A stretch of 39,218 bases of DNA from sequence record MZ375237.1. One strand, 5' to 3'. Shown one piece after another: positions 1-8,438 of the stretch (its first letter is position 1; each line of letters starts with the position of its first letter). Made by a program: the position numbers and the translations under genes. Below the pieces are notes generated by a model. It saw nothing but the letters and a program-made list of their open reading frames with translations, had not been told where the DNA came from and searched no databases. This DNA is from Escherichia phage T7.

Positions 1-160
1 TCTCACAGTGTACGGACCTAAAGTTCCCCCATAGGGGGTACCTAAAGCCCAGCCAATCACCTAAAGTCAACCTTCGGTTGACCTTGAGGGTTCCCTAAGG
101 GTTGGGGATGACCCTTGGGTTTGTCTTTGGGTGTTACCTTGAGTGTCTCTCTGTGTCCCT
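1..160. repeat. Left direct terminal repeat (160 bp), identical to 39059..39218
   Basis: Window starts tctcacagtgtacggacc... and the same 160-bp block ending ...tctctgtgtccct recurs at the right end; matches T7 terminal redundancy. Confidence 0.95.
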
Positions 161-172
161 ACCTGTTACAGT

Positions 173-340
173 CTCCTAAAGTATCCTCCTAAAGTCACCT
201 CCTAACGTCCATCCTAAAGCCAACACCTAAAGCCTACACCTAAAGACCCATCAAGTCAACGCCTATCTTAAAGTTTAAACATAAAGACCAGACCTAAAGA
301 CCAGACCTAAAGACACTACATAAAGACCAGACCTAAAGAC
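173..340. repeat. Array of short imperfect CCTAAAG/ACCTAAAG-type repeats next to left terminal repeat
   Basis: Repeated ...cctaaag... units read directly (e.g. agaccagacctaaag three times); known T7 left-end short repeats. Confidence 0.8.
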
Positions 341-387
341 GCCTTGTTGTTAGCCATAAAGTGATAACCTTTAATCATTGTCTTTAT

Positions 388-410
388 TAATACAACTCAC
401 TATAGGGAGA
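388..410 (+). promoter_or_regulatory. T7 RNA polymerase promoter phiOL (+1 G at 405)
   Basis: taatacaactcactatagggaga, one mismatch to the T7 consensus. Confidence 0.85.
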
Positions 411-461
411 GACAACTTAAAGAGACTTAAAAGATTAATTTAAAATTTATCAAAAAGAGTA

Positions 462-498
462 TTGACTTAAAGTCTAACCTATAGGATACTTACAGCCA
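462..498 (+). promoter_or_regulatory. Host sigma70 early promoter A1
   Basis: -35 ttgact, 17-bp spacer, -10 gatact, start near A498; matches T7 A1. Confidence 0.85.
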
Positions 499-588
499 TC
501 GAGAGGGACACGGCGAATAGCCATCCCAATCGACACCGGGGTCAACCGGATAAGTAGACAGCCTGATAAGTCGCACGAAAAACAGGTA

Positions 589-626
589 TTGACAACATGA
601 AGTAACATGCAGTAAGATACAAATCG
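589..626 (+). promoter_or_regulatory. Host sigma70 early promoter A2
   Basis: -35 ttgaca and -10 taagat with about 18-bp spacer. Confidence 0.8.
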
Positions 627-713
627 CTAGGTAACACTAGCAGCGTCAACCGGGCGCACAGTGCCTTCTAGGTGACTTAAGCGCACCACGGCACATAAGG
701 TGAAACAAAACGG

Positions 714-750
714 TTGACAACATGAAGTAAACACGGTACGATGTACCACA
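714..750 (+). promoter_or_regulatory. Host sigma70 early promoter A3
   Basis: -35 ttgaca, 17-bp spacer, -10 tacgat. Confidence 0.8.
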
Positions 751-858
751 TGAAACGACAGTGAGTCACCACACTGAAAGGTGATGCGGTCTAACGAAAC
801 CTGACCTAAGACGCTCTTTAACAATCTGGTAAATAGCTCTTGAGTGCATGACTAGCGG

Positions 859-900
859 ATAACTCAAGGGTATCGCAAGGTGCCCTTTATGATATTCACT
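859..900 (+). promoter_or_regulatory. RNase III processing hairpin R0.3
   Basis: ctcaaggg...ccctttatgat imperfect hairpin of the same family as R1.1/R1.3/R4.7/R18.5. Confidence 0.6.
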
Positions 901-924
901 AATAACTGCACGAGGTAACACAAG

Positions 925-1278
925 ATGGCTATGTCTAACATGACTTACAACAACGTTTTCGACCACGCTTACGAAATGCTGAAAGAAAACATCCGTTATG
1001 ATGACATCCGTGACACTGATGACCTGCACGATGCTATTCACATGGCTGCCGATAATGCAGTTCCGCACTACTACGCTGACATCTTTAGCGTAATGGCAAG
1101 TGAGGGCATTGACCTTGAGTTCGAAGACTCTGGTCTGATGCCTGACACCAAGGACGTAATCCGCATCCTGCAAGCGCGTATCTATGAGCAATTAACGATT
1201 GACCTCTGGGAAGACGCAGAAGACTTGCTCAATGAATACTTGGAGGAAGTCGAGGAGTACGAGGAGGATGAAGAGTAA
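925..1278 (+). CDS. 0.3: Gene 0.3 Ocr, anti-restriction DNA-mimic protein
   Basis: 117-aa highly acidic [20 protein letters not shown]...EEYEEDEE; first gene after A1-A3. Confidence 0.95.
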
Positions 1279-1409
1279 TGTCTACTACCAACGTGCAATA
1301 CGGTCTGACCGCTCAAACTGTACTTTTCTATAGCGACATGGGGCGGCGTGGCATAGACGAAAGGAAAAGGTTAAAGCCAAGAAACTCGCCGCACTTGAAC
1401 AGGCACTAG
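1278..1409 (+). pseudogene. 0.4: Truncated gene 0.4 remnant: first 21 codons fused at a deletion junction to 22 foreign codons
   Basis: ATG overlaps 0.3 stop (taATG); [21 protein letters not shown] matches gp0.4 N-terminus, then diverges after about 1341. Confidence 0.6.
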
Positions 1410-1457
1410 CCAACACACTGAACGCTATCTCATAACGAACATAAAGGACACAATGCA

Positions 1458-2537
1458 ATGAACATTACCGACATCATGAACGCTATCGACGCAATCAAAG
1501 CACTGCCAATCTGTGAACTTGACAAGCGTCAAGGTATGCTTATCGACTTACTGGTCGAGATGGTCAACAGCGAGACGTGTGATGGCGAGCTAACCGAACT
1601 AAATCAGGCACTTGAGCATCAAGATTGGTGGACTACCTTGAAGTGTCTCACGGCTGACGCAGGGTTCAAGATGCTCGGTAATGGTCACTTCTCGGCTGCT
1701 TATAGTCACCCGCTGCTACCTAACAGAGTGATTAAGGTGGGCTTTAAGAAAGAGGATTCAGGCGCAGCCTATACCGCATTCTGCCGCATGTATCAGGGTC
1801 GTCCTGGTATCCCTAACGTCTACGATGTACAGCGCCACGCTGGATGCTATACGGTGGTACTTGACGCACTTAAGGATTGCGAGCGTTTCAACAATGATGC
1901 CCATTATAAATACGCTGAGATTGCAAGCGACATCATTGATTGCAATTCGGATGAGCATGATGAGTTAACTGGATGGGATGGTGAGTTTGTTGAAACTTGT
2001 AAACTAATCCGCAAGTTCTTTGAGGGCATCGCCTCATTCGACATGCATAGCGGGAACATCATGTTCTCAAATGGAGACGTACCATACATCACCGACCCGG
2101 TATCATTCTCGCAGAAGAAAGACGGTGGCGCATTCAGCATCGACCCTGAGGAACTCATCAAGGAAGTCGAGGAAGTCGCACGACAGAAAGAAATTGACCG
2201 CGCTAAGGCCCGTAAAGAACGTCACGAGGGGCGCTTAGAGGCACGCAGATTCAAACGTCGCAACCGCAAGGCACGTAAAGCACACAAAGCTAAGCGCGAA
2301 AGAATGCTTGCTGCGTGGCGATGGGCTGAACGTCAAGAACGGCGTAACCATGAGGTAGCTGTAGATGTACTAGGAAGAACCAATAACGCTATGCTCTGGG
2401 TCAACATGTTCTCTGGGGACTTTAAGGCGCTTGAGGAACGAATCGCGCTGCACTGGCGTAATGCTGACCGGATGGCTATCGCTAATGGTCTTACGCTCAA
2501 CATTGATAAGCAACTTGACGCAATGTTAATGGGCTGA
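1458..2537 (+). CDS. 0.7: Gene 0.7 Ser/Thr protein kinase, host shutoff
   Basis: 359-aa [20 protein letters not shown]... with very basic C-terminal region; matches gp0.7. Confidence 0.93.
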
Positions 2538-2544
2538 TAGTCTT

Positions 2545-2595
2545 ATCTTACAGGTCATCTGCGGGTGGCCTGAATAGGTACGATTTACTAACTGG
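2545..2595 (+). promoter_or_regulatory. Intergenic region expected to hold RNase III site R1 and minor host promoter C
   Basis: Placed by collinearity with T7; hairpin not resolved confidently by eye. Confidence 0.35.
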
Positions 2596-2607
2596 AAGAG
2601 GCACTAA

Positions 2608-5259
2608 ATGAACACGATTAACATCGCTAAGAACGACTTCTCTGACATCGAACTGGCTGCTATCCCGTTCAACACTCTGGCTGACCATTACGGTGAGCGT
2701 TTAGCTCGCGAACAGTTGGCCCTTGAGCATGAGTCTTACGAGATGGGTGAAGCACGCTTCCGCAAGATGTTTGAGCGTCAACTTAAAGCTGGTGAGGTTG
2801 CGGATAACGCTGCCGCCAAGCCTCTCATCACTACCCTACTCCCTAAGATGATTGCACGCATCAACGACTGGTTTGAGGAAGTGAAAGCTAAGCGCGGCAA
2901 GCGCCCGACAGCCTTCCAGTTCCTGCAAGAAATCAAGCCGGAAGCCGTAGCGTACATCACCATTAAGACCACTCTGGCTTGCCTAACCAGTGCTGACAAT
3001 ACAACCGTTCAGGCTGTAGCAAGCGCAATCGGTCGGGCCATTGAGGACGAGGCTCGCTTCGGTCGTATCCGTGACCTTGAAGCTAAGCACTTCAAGAAAA
3101 ACGTTGAGGAACAACTCAACAAGCGCGTAGGGCACGTCTACAAGAAAGCATTTATGCGAGTTGTCGAGGCTGACATGCTCTCTAAGGGTCTACTCGGTGG
3201 CGAGGCGTGGTCTTCGTGGCATAAGGAAGACTCTATTCATGTAGGAGTACGCTGCATCGAGATGCTCATTGAGTCAACCGGAATGGTTAGCTTACACCGC
3301 CAAAATGCTGGCGTAGTAGGTCAAGACTCTGAGACTATCGAACTCGCACCTGAATACGCTGAGGCTATCGCAACCCGTGCAGGTGCGCTGGCTGGCATCT
3401 CTCCGATGTTCCAACCTTGCGTAGTTCCTCCTAAGCCGTGGACTGGCATTACTGGTGGTGGCTATTGGGCTAACGGTCGTCGTCCTCTGGCGCTGGTGCG
3501 TACTCACAGTAAGAAAGCACTGATGCGCTACGAAGACGTTTACATGCCTGAGGTGTACAAAGCGATTAACATTGCGCAAAACACCGCATGGAAAATCAAC
3601 AAGAAAGTCCTAGCGGTCGCCAACGTAATCACCAAGTGGAAGCATTGTCCGGTCGAGGACATCCCTGCGATTGAGCGTGAAGAACTCCCGATGAAACCGG
3701 AAGACATCGACATGAATCCTGAGGCTCTCACCGCGTGGAAACGTGCTGCCGCTGCTGTGTACCGCAAGGACAAGGCTCGCAAGTCTCGCCGTATCAGCCT
3801 TGAGTTCATGCTTGAGCAAGCCAATAAGTTTGCTAACCATAAGGCCATCTGGTTCCCTTACAACATGGACTGGCGCGGTCGTGTTTACGCTGTGTCAATG
3901 TTCAACCCGCAAGGTAACGATATGACCAAAGGACTGCTTACGCTGGCGAAAGGTAAACCAATCGGTAAGGAAGGTTACTACTGGCTGAAAATCCACGGTG
4001 CAAACTGTGCGGGTGTCGATAAGGTTCCGTTCCCTGAGCGCATCAAGTTCATTGAGGAAAACCACGAGAACATCATGGCTTGCGCTAAGTCTCCACTGGA
4101 GAACACTTGGTGGGCTGAGCAAGATTCTCCGTTCTGCTTCCTTGCGTTCTGCTTTGAGTACGCTGGGGTACAGCACCACGGCCTGAGCTATAACTGCTCC
4201 CTTCCGCTGGCGTTTGACGGGTCTTGCTCTGGCATCCAGCACTTCTCCGCGATGCTCCGAGATGAGGTAGGTGGTCGCGCGGTTAACTTGCTTCCTAGTG
4301 AAACCGTTCAGGACATCTACGGGATTGTTGCTAAGAAAGTCAACGAGATTCTACAAGCAGACGCAATCAATGGGACCGATAACGAAGTAGTTACCGTGAC
4401 CGATGAGAACACTGGTGAAATCTCTGAGAAAGTCAAGCTGGGCACTAAGGCACTGGCTGGTCAATGGCTGGCTTACGGTGTTACTCGCAGTGTGACTAAG
4501 CGTTCAGTCATGACGCTGGCTTACGGGTCCAAAGAGTTCGGCTTCCGTCAACAAGTGCTGGAAGATACCATTCAGCCAGCTATTGATTCCGGCAAGGGTC
4601 TGATGTTCACTCAGCCGAATCAGGCTGCTGGATACATGGCTAAGCTGATTTGGGAATCTGTGAGCGTGACGGTGGTAGCTGCGGTTGAAGCAATGAACTG
4701 GCTTAAGTCTGCTGCTAAGCTGCTGGCTGCTGAGGTCAAAGATAAGAAGACTGGAGAGATTCTTCGCAAGCGTTGCGCTGTGCATTGGGTAACTCCTGAT
4801 GGTTTCCCTGTGTGGCAGGAATACAAGAAGCCTATTCAGACGCGCTTGAACCTGATGTTCCTCGGTCAGTTCCGCTTACAGCCTACCATTAACACCAACA
4901 AAGATAGCGAGATTGATGCACACAAACAGGAGTCTGGTATCGCTCCTAACTTTGTACACAGCCAAGACGGTAGCCACCTTCGTAAGACTGTAGTGTGGGC
5001 ACACGAGAAGTACGGAATCGAATCTTTTGCACTGATTCACGACTCCTTCGGTACCATTCCGGCTGACGCTGCGAACCTGTTCAAAGCAGTGCGCGAAACT
5101 ATGGTTGACACATATGAGTCTTGTGATGTACTGGCTGATTTCTACGACCAGTTCGCTGACCAGTTGCACGAGTCTCAATTGGACAAAATGCCAGCACTTC
5201 CGGCTAAAGGTAACTTGAACCTCCGTGACATCTTAGAGTCGGACTTCGCGTTCGCGTAA
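2608..5259 (+). CDS. 1: Gene 1, T7 RNA polymerase
   Basis: 883-aa ORF MNTINIAKNDFSDIELAAIPFNTLADHYGERLAREQLALEHESYEMGEARFRKMFERQ... ending ...SDFAFA. Confidence 0.98.
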   Translation: MNTINIAKNDFSDIELAAIPFNTLADHYGERLAREQLALEHESYEMGEARFRKMFERQLKAGEVADNAAAKPLITTLLPKMIARINDWFEEVKAKRGKRPTAFQFLQEIKPEAVAYITIKTTLACLTSADNTTVQAVASAIGRAIEDEARFGRIRDLEAKHFKKNVEEQLNKRVGHVYKKAFMRVVEADMLSKGLLGGEAWSSWHKEDSIHVGVRCIEMLIESTGMVSLHRQNAGVVGQDSETIELAPEYAEAIATRAGALAGISPMFQPCVVPPKPWTGITGGGYWANGRRPLALVRTHSKKALMRYEDVYMPEVYKAINIAQNTAWKINKKVLAVANVITKWKHCPVEDIPAIEREELPMKPEDIDMNPEALTAWKRAAAAVYRKDKARKSRRISLEFMLEQANKFANHKAIWFPYNMDWRGRVYAVSMFNPQGNDMTKGLLTLAKGKPIGKEGYYWLKIHGANCAGVDKVPFPERIKFIEENHENIMACAKSPLENTWWAEQDSPFCFLAFCFEYAGVQHHGLSYNCSLPLAFDGSCSGIQHFSAMLRDEVGGRAVNLLPSETVQDIYGIVAKKVNEILQADAINGTDNEVVTVTDENTGEISEKVKLGTKALAGQWLAYGVTRSVTKRSVMTLAYGSKEFGFRQQVLEDTIQPAIDSGKGLMFTQPNQAAGYMAKLIWESVSVTVVAAVEAMNWLKSAAKLLAAEVKDKKTGEILRKRCAVHWVTPDGFPVWQEYKKPIQTRLNLMFLGQFRLQPTINTNKDSEIDAHKQESGIAPNFVHSQDGSHLRKTVVWAHEKYGIESFALIHDSFGTIPADAANLFKAVRETMVDTYESCDVLADFYDQFADQLHESQLDKMPALPAKGNLNLRDILESDFAFA

Positions 5260-5267
5260 CGCCAAAT

Positions 5268-5290
5268 CAATACGACTCACTATAGAGGGA
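5268..5290 (+). promoter_or_regulatory. T7 promoter phi1.1A (+1 at 5285)
   Basis: caatacgactcactatagaggga. Confidence 0.85.
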
Positions 5291-5335
5291 CAAACTCAAG
5301 GTCATTCGCAAGAGTGGCCTTTATGATTGACCTTC
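5291..5335 (+). promoter_or_regulatory. RNase III site R1.1
   Basis: ctcaaggtcattcgcaagagtggcctttatgat hairpin. Confidence 0.7.
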
Positions 5336-5342
5336 TTCCGGT

Positions 5343-5365
5343 TAATACGACTCACTATAGGAGAA
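5343..5365 (+). promoter_or_regulatory. T7 promoter phi1.1B (+1 at 5360)
   Basis: taatacgactcactataggaga. Confidence 0.9.
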
Positions 5366-5443
5366 CCTTAAGGTTTAACTTTAAGACCCTTAAGTGTTAA
5401 TTAGAGATTTAAATTAAAGAATTACTAAGAGAGGACTTTAAGT
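5366..5443. other. AT-rich segment of the primary replication origin
   Basis: ttaattagagatttaaattaaagaattactaag AT-rich tract just after phi1.1A/phi1.1B; T7 primary origin lies here. Confidence 0.6.
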
Positions 5444-5572
5444 ATGCGTAACTTCGAAAAGATGACCAAACGTTCTAACCGTAATGCTCGTGACTTCGAG
5501 GCAACCAAAGGTCGCAAGTTGAATAAGACTAAGCGTGACCGCTCTCACAAGCGTAGCTGGGAGGGTCAGTAA
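5444..5572 (+). CDS. 1.1: Gene 1.1, small basic protein of unknown function
   Basis: 42-aa ORF MRNFEKMTKRSNRNARDFEATKGRKLNKTKRDRSHKRSWEGQ; below ORF-track cutoff. Confidence 0.8.
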   Translation: MRNFEKMTKRSNRNARDFEATKGRKLNKTKRDRSHKRSWEGQ

Positions 5573-5573
5573 G

Positions 5574-5831
5574 ATGGGACGTTTATATAGTGGTAATCTG
5601 GCAGCATTCAAGGCAGCAACAAACAAGCTGTTCCAGTTAGACTTAGCGGTCATTTATGATGACTGGTATGATGCCTATACAAGAAAAGATTGCATACGGT
5701 TACGTATTGAGGACAGGAGTGGAAACCTGATTGATACTAGCACCTTCTACCACCACGACGAGGACGTTCTGTTCAATATGTGTACTGATTGGTTGAACCA
5801 TATGTATGACCAGTTGAAGGACTGGAAGTAA
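5574..5831 (+). CDS. 1.2: Gene 1.2, inhibitor of host dGTPase
   Basis: MGRLYSGNLAAFKAATNKLFQ...; start chosen 2 nt after 1.1 stop with gggaggg RBS. Confidence 0.88.
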   Translation: MGRLYSGNLAAFKAATNKLFQLDLAVIYDDWYDAYTRKDCIRLRIEDRSGNLIDTSTFYHHDEDVLFNMCTDWLNHMYDQLKDWK

Positions 5832-5851
5832 TACGACTCAGTATAGGGACA
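5829..5851 (+). promoter_or_regulatory. T7 promoter phi1.3 (+1 at 5846)
   Basis: taatacgactcagtatagggaca; its TAA is the gene 1.2 stop. Confidence 0.85.
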
Positions 5852-5895
5852 ATGCTTAAGGTCGCTCTCTAGGAGTGGCCTTAGTCATTTAACCA
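5852..5895 (+). promoter_or_regulatory. RNase III site R1.3
   Basis: cttaaggtcgctctctaggagtggccttagtcat hairpin. Confidence 0.65.
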
Positions 5896-5911
5896 ATAGG
5901 AGATAAACATT

Positions 5912-6991
5912 ATGATGAACATTAAGACTAACCCGTTTAAAGCCGTGTCTTTCGTAGAGTCTGCCATTAAGAAGGCTCTGGATAACGCTGGGTATCTTAT
6001 CGCTGAAATCAAGTACGATGGTGTACGCGGGAACATCTGCGTAGACAATACTGCTAACAGTTACTGGCTCTCTCGTGTATCTAAAACGATTCCGGCACTG
6101 GAGCACTTAAACGGGTTTGATGTTCGCTGGAAGCGTCTACTGAACGATGACCGTTGCTTCTACAAAGATGGCTTTATGCTTGATGGGGAACTCATGGTCA
6201 AGGGCGTAGACTTTAACACAGGGTCCGGCCTACTGCGTACCAAATGGACTGACACGAAGAACCAAGAGTTCCATGAAGAGTTATTCGTTGAACCAATCCG
6301 TAAGAAAGATAAAGTTCCCTTTAAGCTGCACACTGGACACCTTCACATAAAACTGTACGCTATCCTCCCGCTGCACATCGTGGAGTCTGGAGAAGACTGT
6401 GATGTCATGACGTTGCTCATGCAGGAACACGTTAAGAACATGCTGCCTCTGCTACAGGAATACTTCCCTGAAATCGAATGGCAAGCGGCTGAATCTTACG
6501 AGGTCTACGATATGGTAGAACTACAGCAACTGTACGAGCAGAAGCGAGCAGAAGGCCATGAGGGTCTCATTGTGAAAGACCCGATGTGTATCTATAAGCG
6601 CGGTAAGAAATCTGGCTGGTGGAAAATGAAACCTGAGAACGAAGCTGACGGTATCATTCAGGGTCTGGTATGGGGTACAAAAGGTCTGGCTAATGAAGGT
6701 AAAGTGATTGGTTTTGAGGTGCTTCTTGAGAGTGGTCGTTTAGTTAACGCCACGAATATCTCTCGCGCCTTAATGGATGAGTTCACTGAGACAGTAAAAG
6801 AGGCCACCCTAAGTCAATGGGGATTCTTTAGCCCATACGGTATTGGCGACAACGATGCTTGTACTATTAACCCTTACGATGGCTGGGCGTGTCAAATTAG
6901 CTACATGGAGGAAACACCTGATGGCTCTTTGCGGCACCCATCGTTCGTAATGTTCCGTGGCACCGAGGACAACCCTCAAGAGAAAATGTAA
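5912..6991 (+). CDS. 1.3: Gene 1.3, ATP-dependent DNA ligase
   Basis: 359-aa ORF with ligase adenylation motif EIKYDGVRG. Confidence 0.95.
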   Translation: MMNIKTNPFKAVSFVESAIKKALDNAGYLIAEIKYDGVRGNICVDNTANSYWLSRVSKTIPALEHLNGFDVRWKRLLNDDRCFYKDGFMLDGELMVKGVDFNTGSGLLRTKWTDTKNQEFHEELFVEPIRKKDKVPFKLHTGHLHIKLYAILPLHIVESGEDCDVMTLLMQEHVKNMLPLLQEYFPEIEWQAAESYEVYDMVELQQLYEQKRAEGHEGLIVKDPMCIYKRGKKSGWWKMKPENEADGIIQGLVWGTKGLANEGKVIGFEVLLESGRLVNATNISRALMDEFTETVKEATLSQWGFFSPYGIGDNDACTINPYDGWACQISYMEETPDGSLRHPSFVMFRGTEDNPQEKM

Positions 6992-6995
6992 TCAC

Positions 6996-7030
6996 ACTGG
7001 CTCACCTTCGGGTGGGCCTTTCTGCGTTTA
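6996..7030 (+). terminator. Early terminator TE for host RNA polymerase
   Basis: GC-rich hairpin ggctcaccttcgggtgggcc followed by tttctgcgttt. Confidence 0.85.
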
Positions 7031-7041
7031 TAAGGAGACAC

Positions 7042-7064
7042 TTTTACGACTCACTAAAGGAGGT
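7042..7064 (+). promoter_or_regulatory. T7 promoter phi1.5, variant with TTT at -17..-15 (+1 at 7059)
   Basis: tttTACGACTCACTAAAGGAGG; core -14..+6 intact, upstream AT-rich triplet altered by the deletion junction. Confidence 0.75.
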
Positions 7065-7071
7065 ACACACC

Positions 7072-7161
7072 ATGATGTACTTAATGCCATTACTCATCGT
7101 CATTGTAGGATGCCTTGCGCTCCACTGTAGCGATGATGATATGCCAGATGGTCACGCTTAA
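7072..7161 (+). CDS. 1.5: Gene 1.5, small protein of unknown function
   Basis: 29-aa ORF MMYLMPLLIVIVGCLALHCSDDDMPDGHA behind aaggagg RBS. Confidence 0.8.
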   Translation: MMYLMPLLIVIVGCLALHCSDDDMPDGHA

Positions 7162-7181
7162 TACGACTCACTAAAGGAGAC
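7159..7181 (+). promoter_or_regulatory. T7 promoter phi1.6 (+1 at 7176)
   Basis: taatacgactcactaaaggagaca; TAA is the gene 1.5 stop. Confidence 0.88.
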
Positions 7182-7186
7182 ACTAT

Positions 7187-7447
7187 ATGTTTCGACTTCA
7201 TTACAACAAAAGCGTTAAGAATTTCACGGTTCGCCGTGCTGACCGTTCAATCGTATGTGCGAGCGAGCGCCGAGCTAAGATACCTCTTATTGGTAACACA
7301 GTTCCTTTGGCACCGAGCGTCCACATCATTATCACCCGTGGTGACTTTGAGAAAGCAATAGACAAGAAACGTCCGGTTCTTAGTGTGGCAGTGACCCGCT
7401 TCCCGTTCGTCCGTCTGTTACTCAAACGAATCAAGGAGGTGTTCTGA
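7187..7447 (+). CDS. 1.6: Gene 1.6, unknown function
   Basis: 86-aa [24 protein letters not shown]... Confidence 0.85.
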
Positions 7448-8029
7448 TGGGACTGTTAGATGGTGAAGCCTGGGAAAAAGAAAACCCGCCAGTACAAGCA
7501 ACTGGGTGTATAGCTTGCTTAGAGAAAGATGACCGTTATCCACACACCTGTAACAAAGGAGCTAACGATATGACCGAACGTGAACAAGAGATGATCATTA
7601 AGTTGATAGACAATAATGAAGGTCGCCCAGATGATTTGAATGGCTGCGGTATTCTCTGCTCCAATGTCCCTTGCCACCTCTGCCCCGCAAATAACGATCA
7701 AAAGATAACCTTAGGTGAAATCCGAGCGATGGACCCACGTAAACCACATCTGAATAAACCTGAGGTAACTCCTACAGATGACCAGCCTTCCGCTGAGACA
7801 ATCGAAGGTGTCACTAAGCCTTCCCACTACATGCTGTTTGACGACATTGAGGCTATCGAAGTGATTGCTCGTTCAATGACCGTTGAGCAGTTCAAGGGAT
7901 ACTGCTTCGGTAACATCTTAAAGTACAGACTACGTGCTGGTAAGAAGTCAGAGTTAGCGTACTTAGAGAAAGACCTAGCGAAAGCAGACTTCTATAAAGA
8001 ACTCTTTGAGAAACATAAGGATAAATGTT

Positions 8030-8037
<8 letters not shown>
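7447..8037 (+). CDS. 1.7: Gene 1.7, nucleotide kinase
   Basis: 196-aa ORF; ATGA overlap with 1.6 stop. Confidence 0.88.
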
Positions 8038-8370
<333 letters not shown>

Positions 8371-8373
<3 letters not shown>

Positions 8374-8393
8374 TACGACTCACTATTAGGGAA
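8371..8393 (+). promoter_or_regulatory. T7 promoter phi2.5 (+1 A at 8388)
   Basis: taatacgactcactattagggaaga, the A-initiating variant; TAA is the gene 2 stop. Confidence 0.88.
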
Positions 8394-8438
8394 GACTCCC
8401 TCTGAGAAACCAAACGAAACCTAAAGGAGATTAACATT

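Noticed and set aside
766-1191. 141-aa reverse-strand ORF overlapping ocr, plus many other minus-strand ORFs in the track (e.g. 3895..4242, 9861..10292, 14480..15013, 22722..23303, 27801..28595).
   Set aside because: All lie antisense within well-supported + strand genes, have no promoter or RBS on that strand, and T7-type genomes are transcribed entirely left to right.
5535-5831. Longer 98-aa version of gene 1.2 starting at 5535.
   Set aside because: That start would overlap gene 1.1 in another frame. The ATG at 5574 directly follows the 1.1 stop with an RBS and matches the known gp1.2 N-terminus MGRLYSG.
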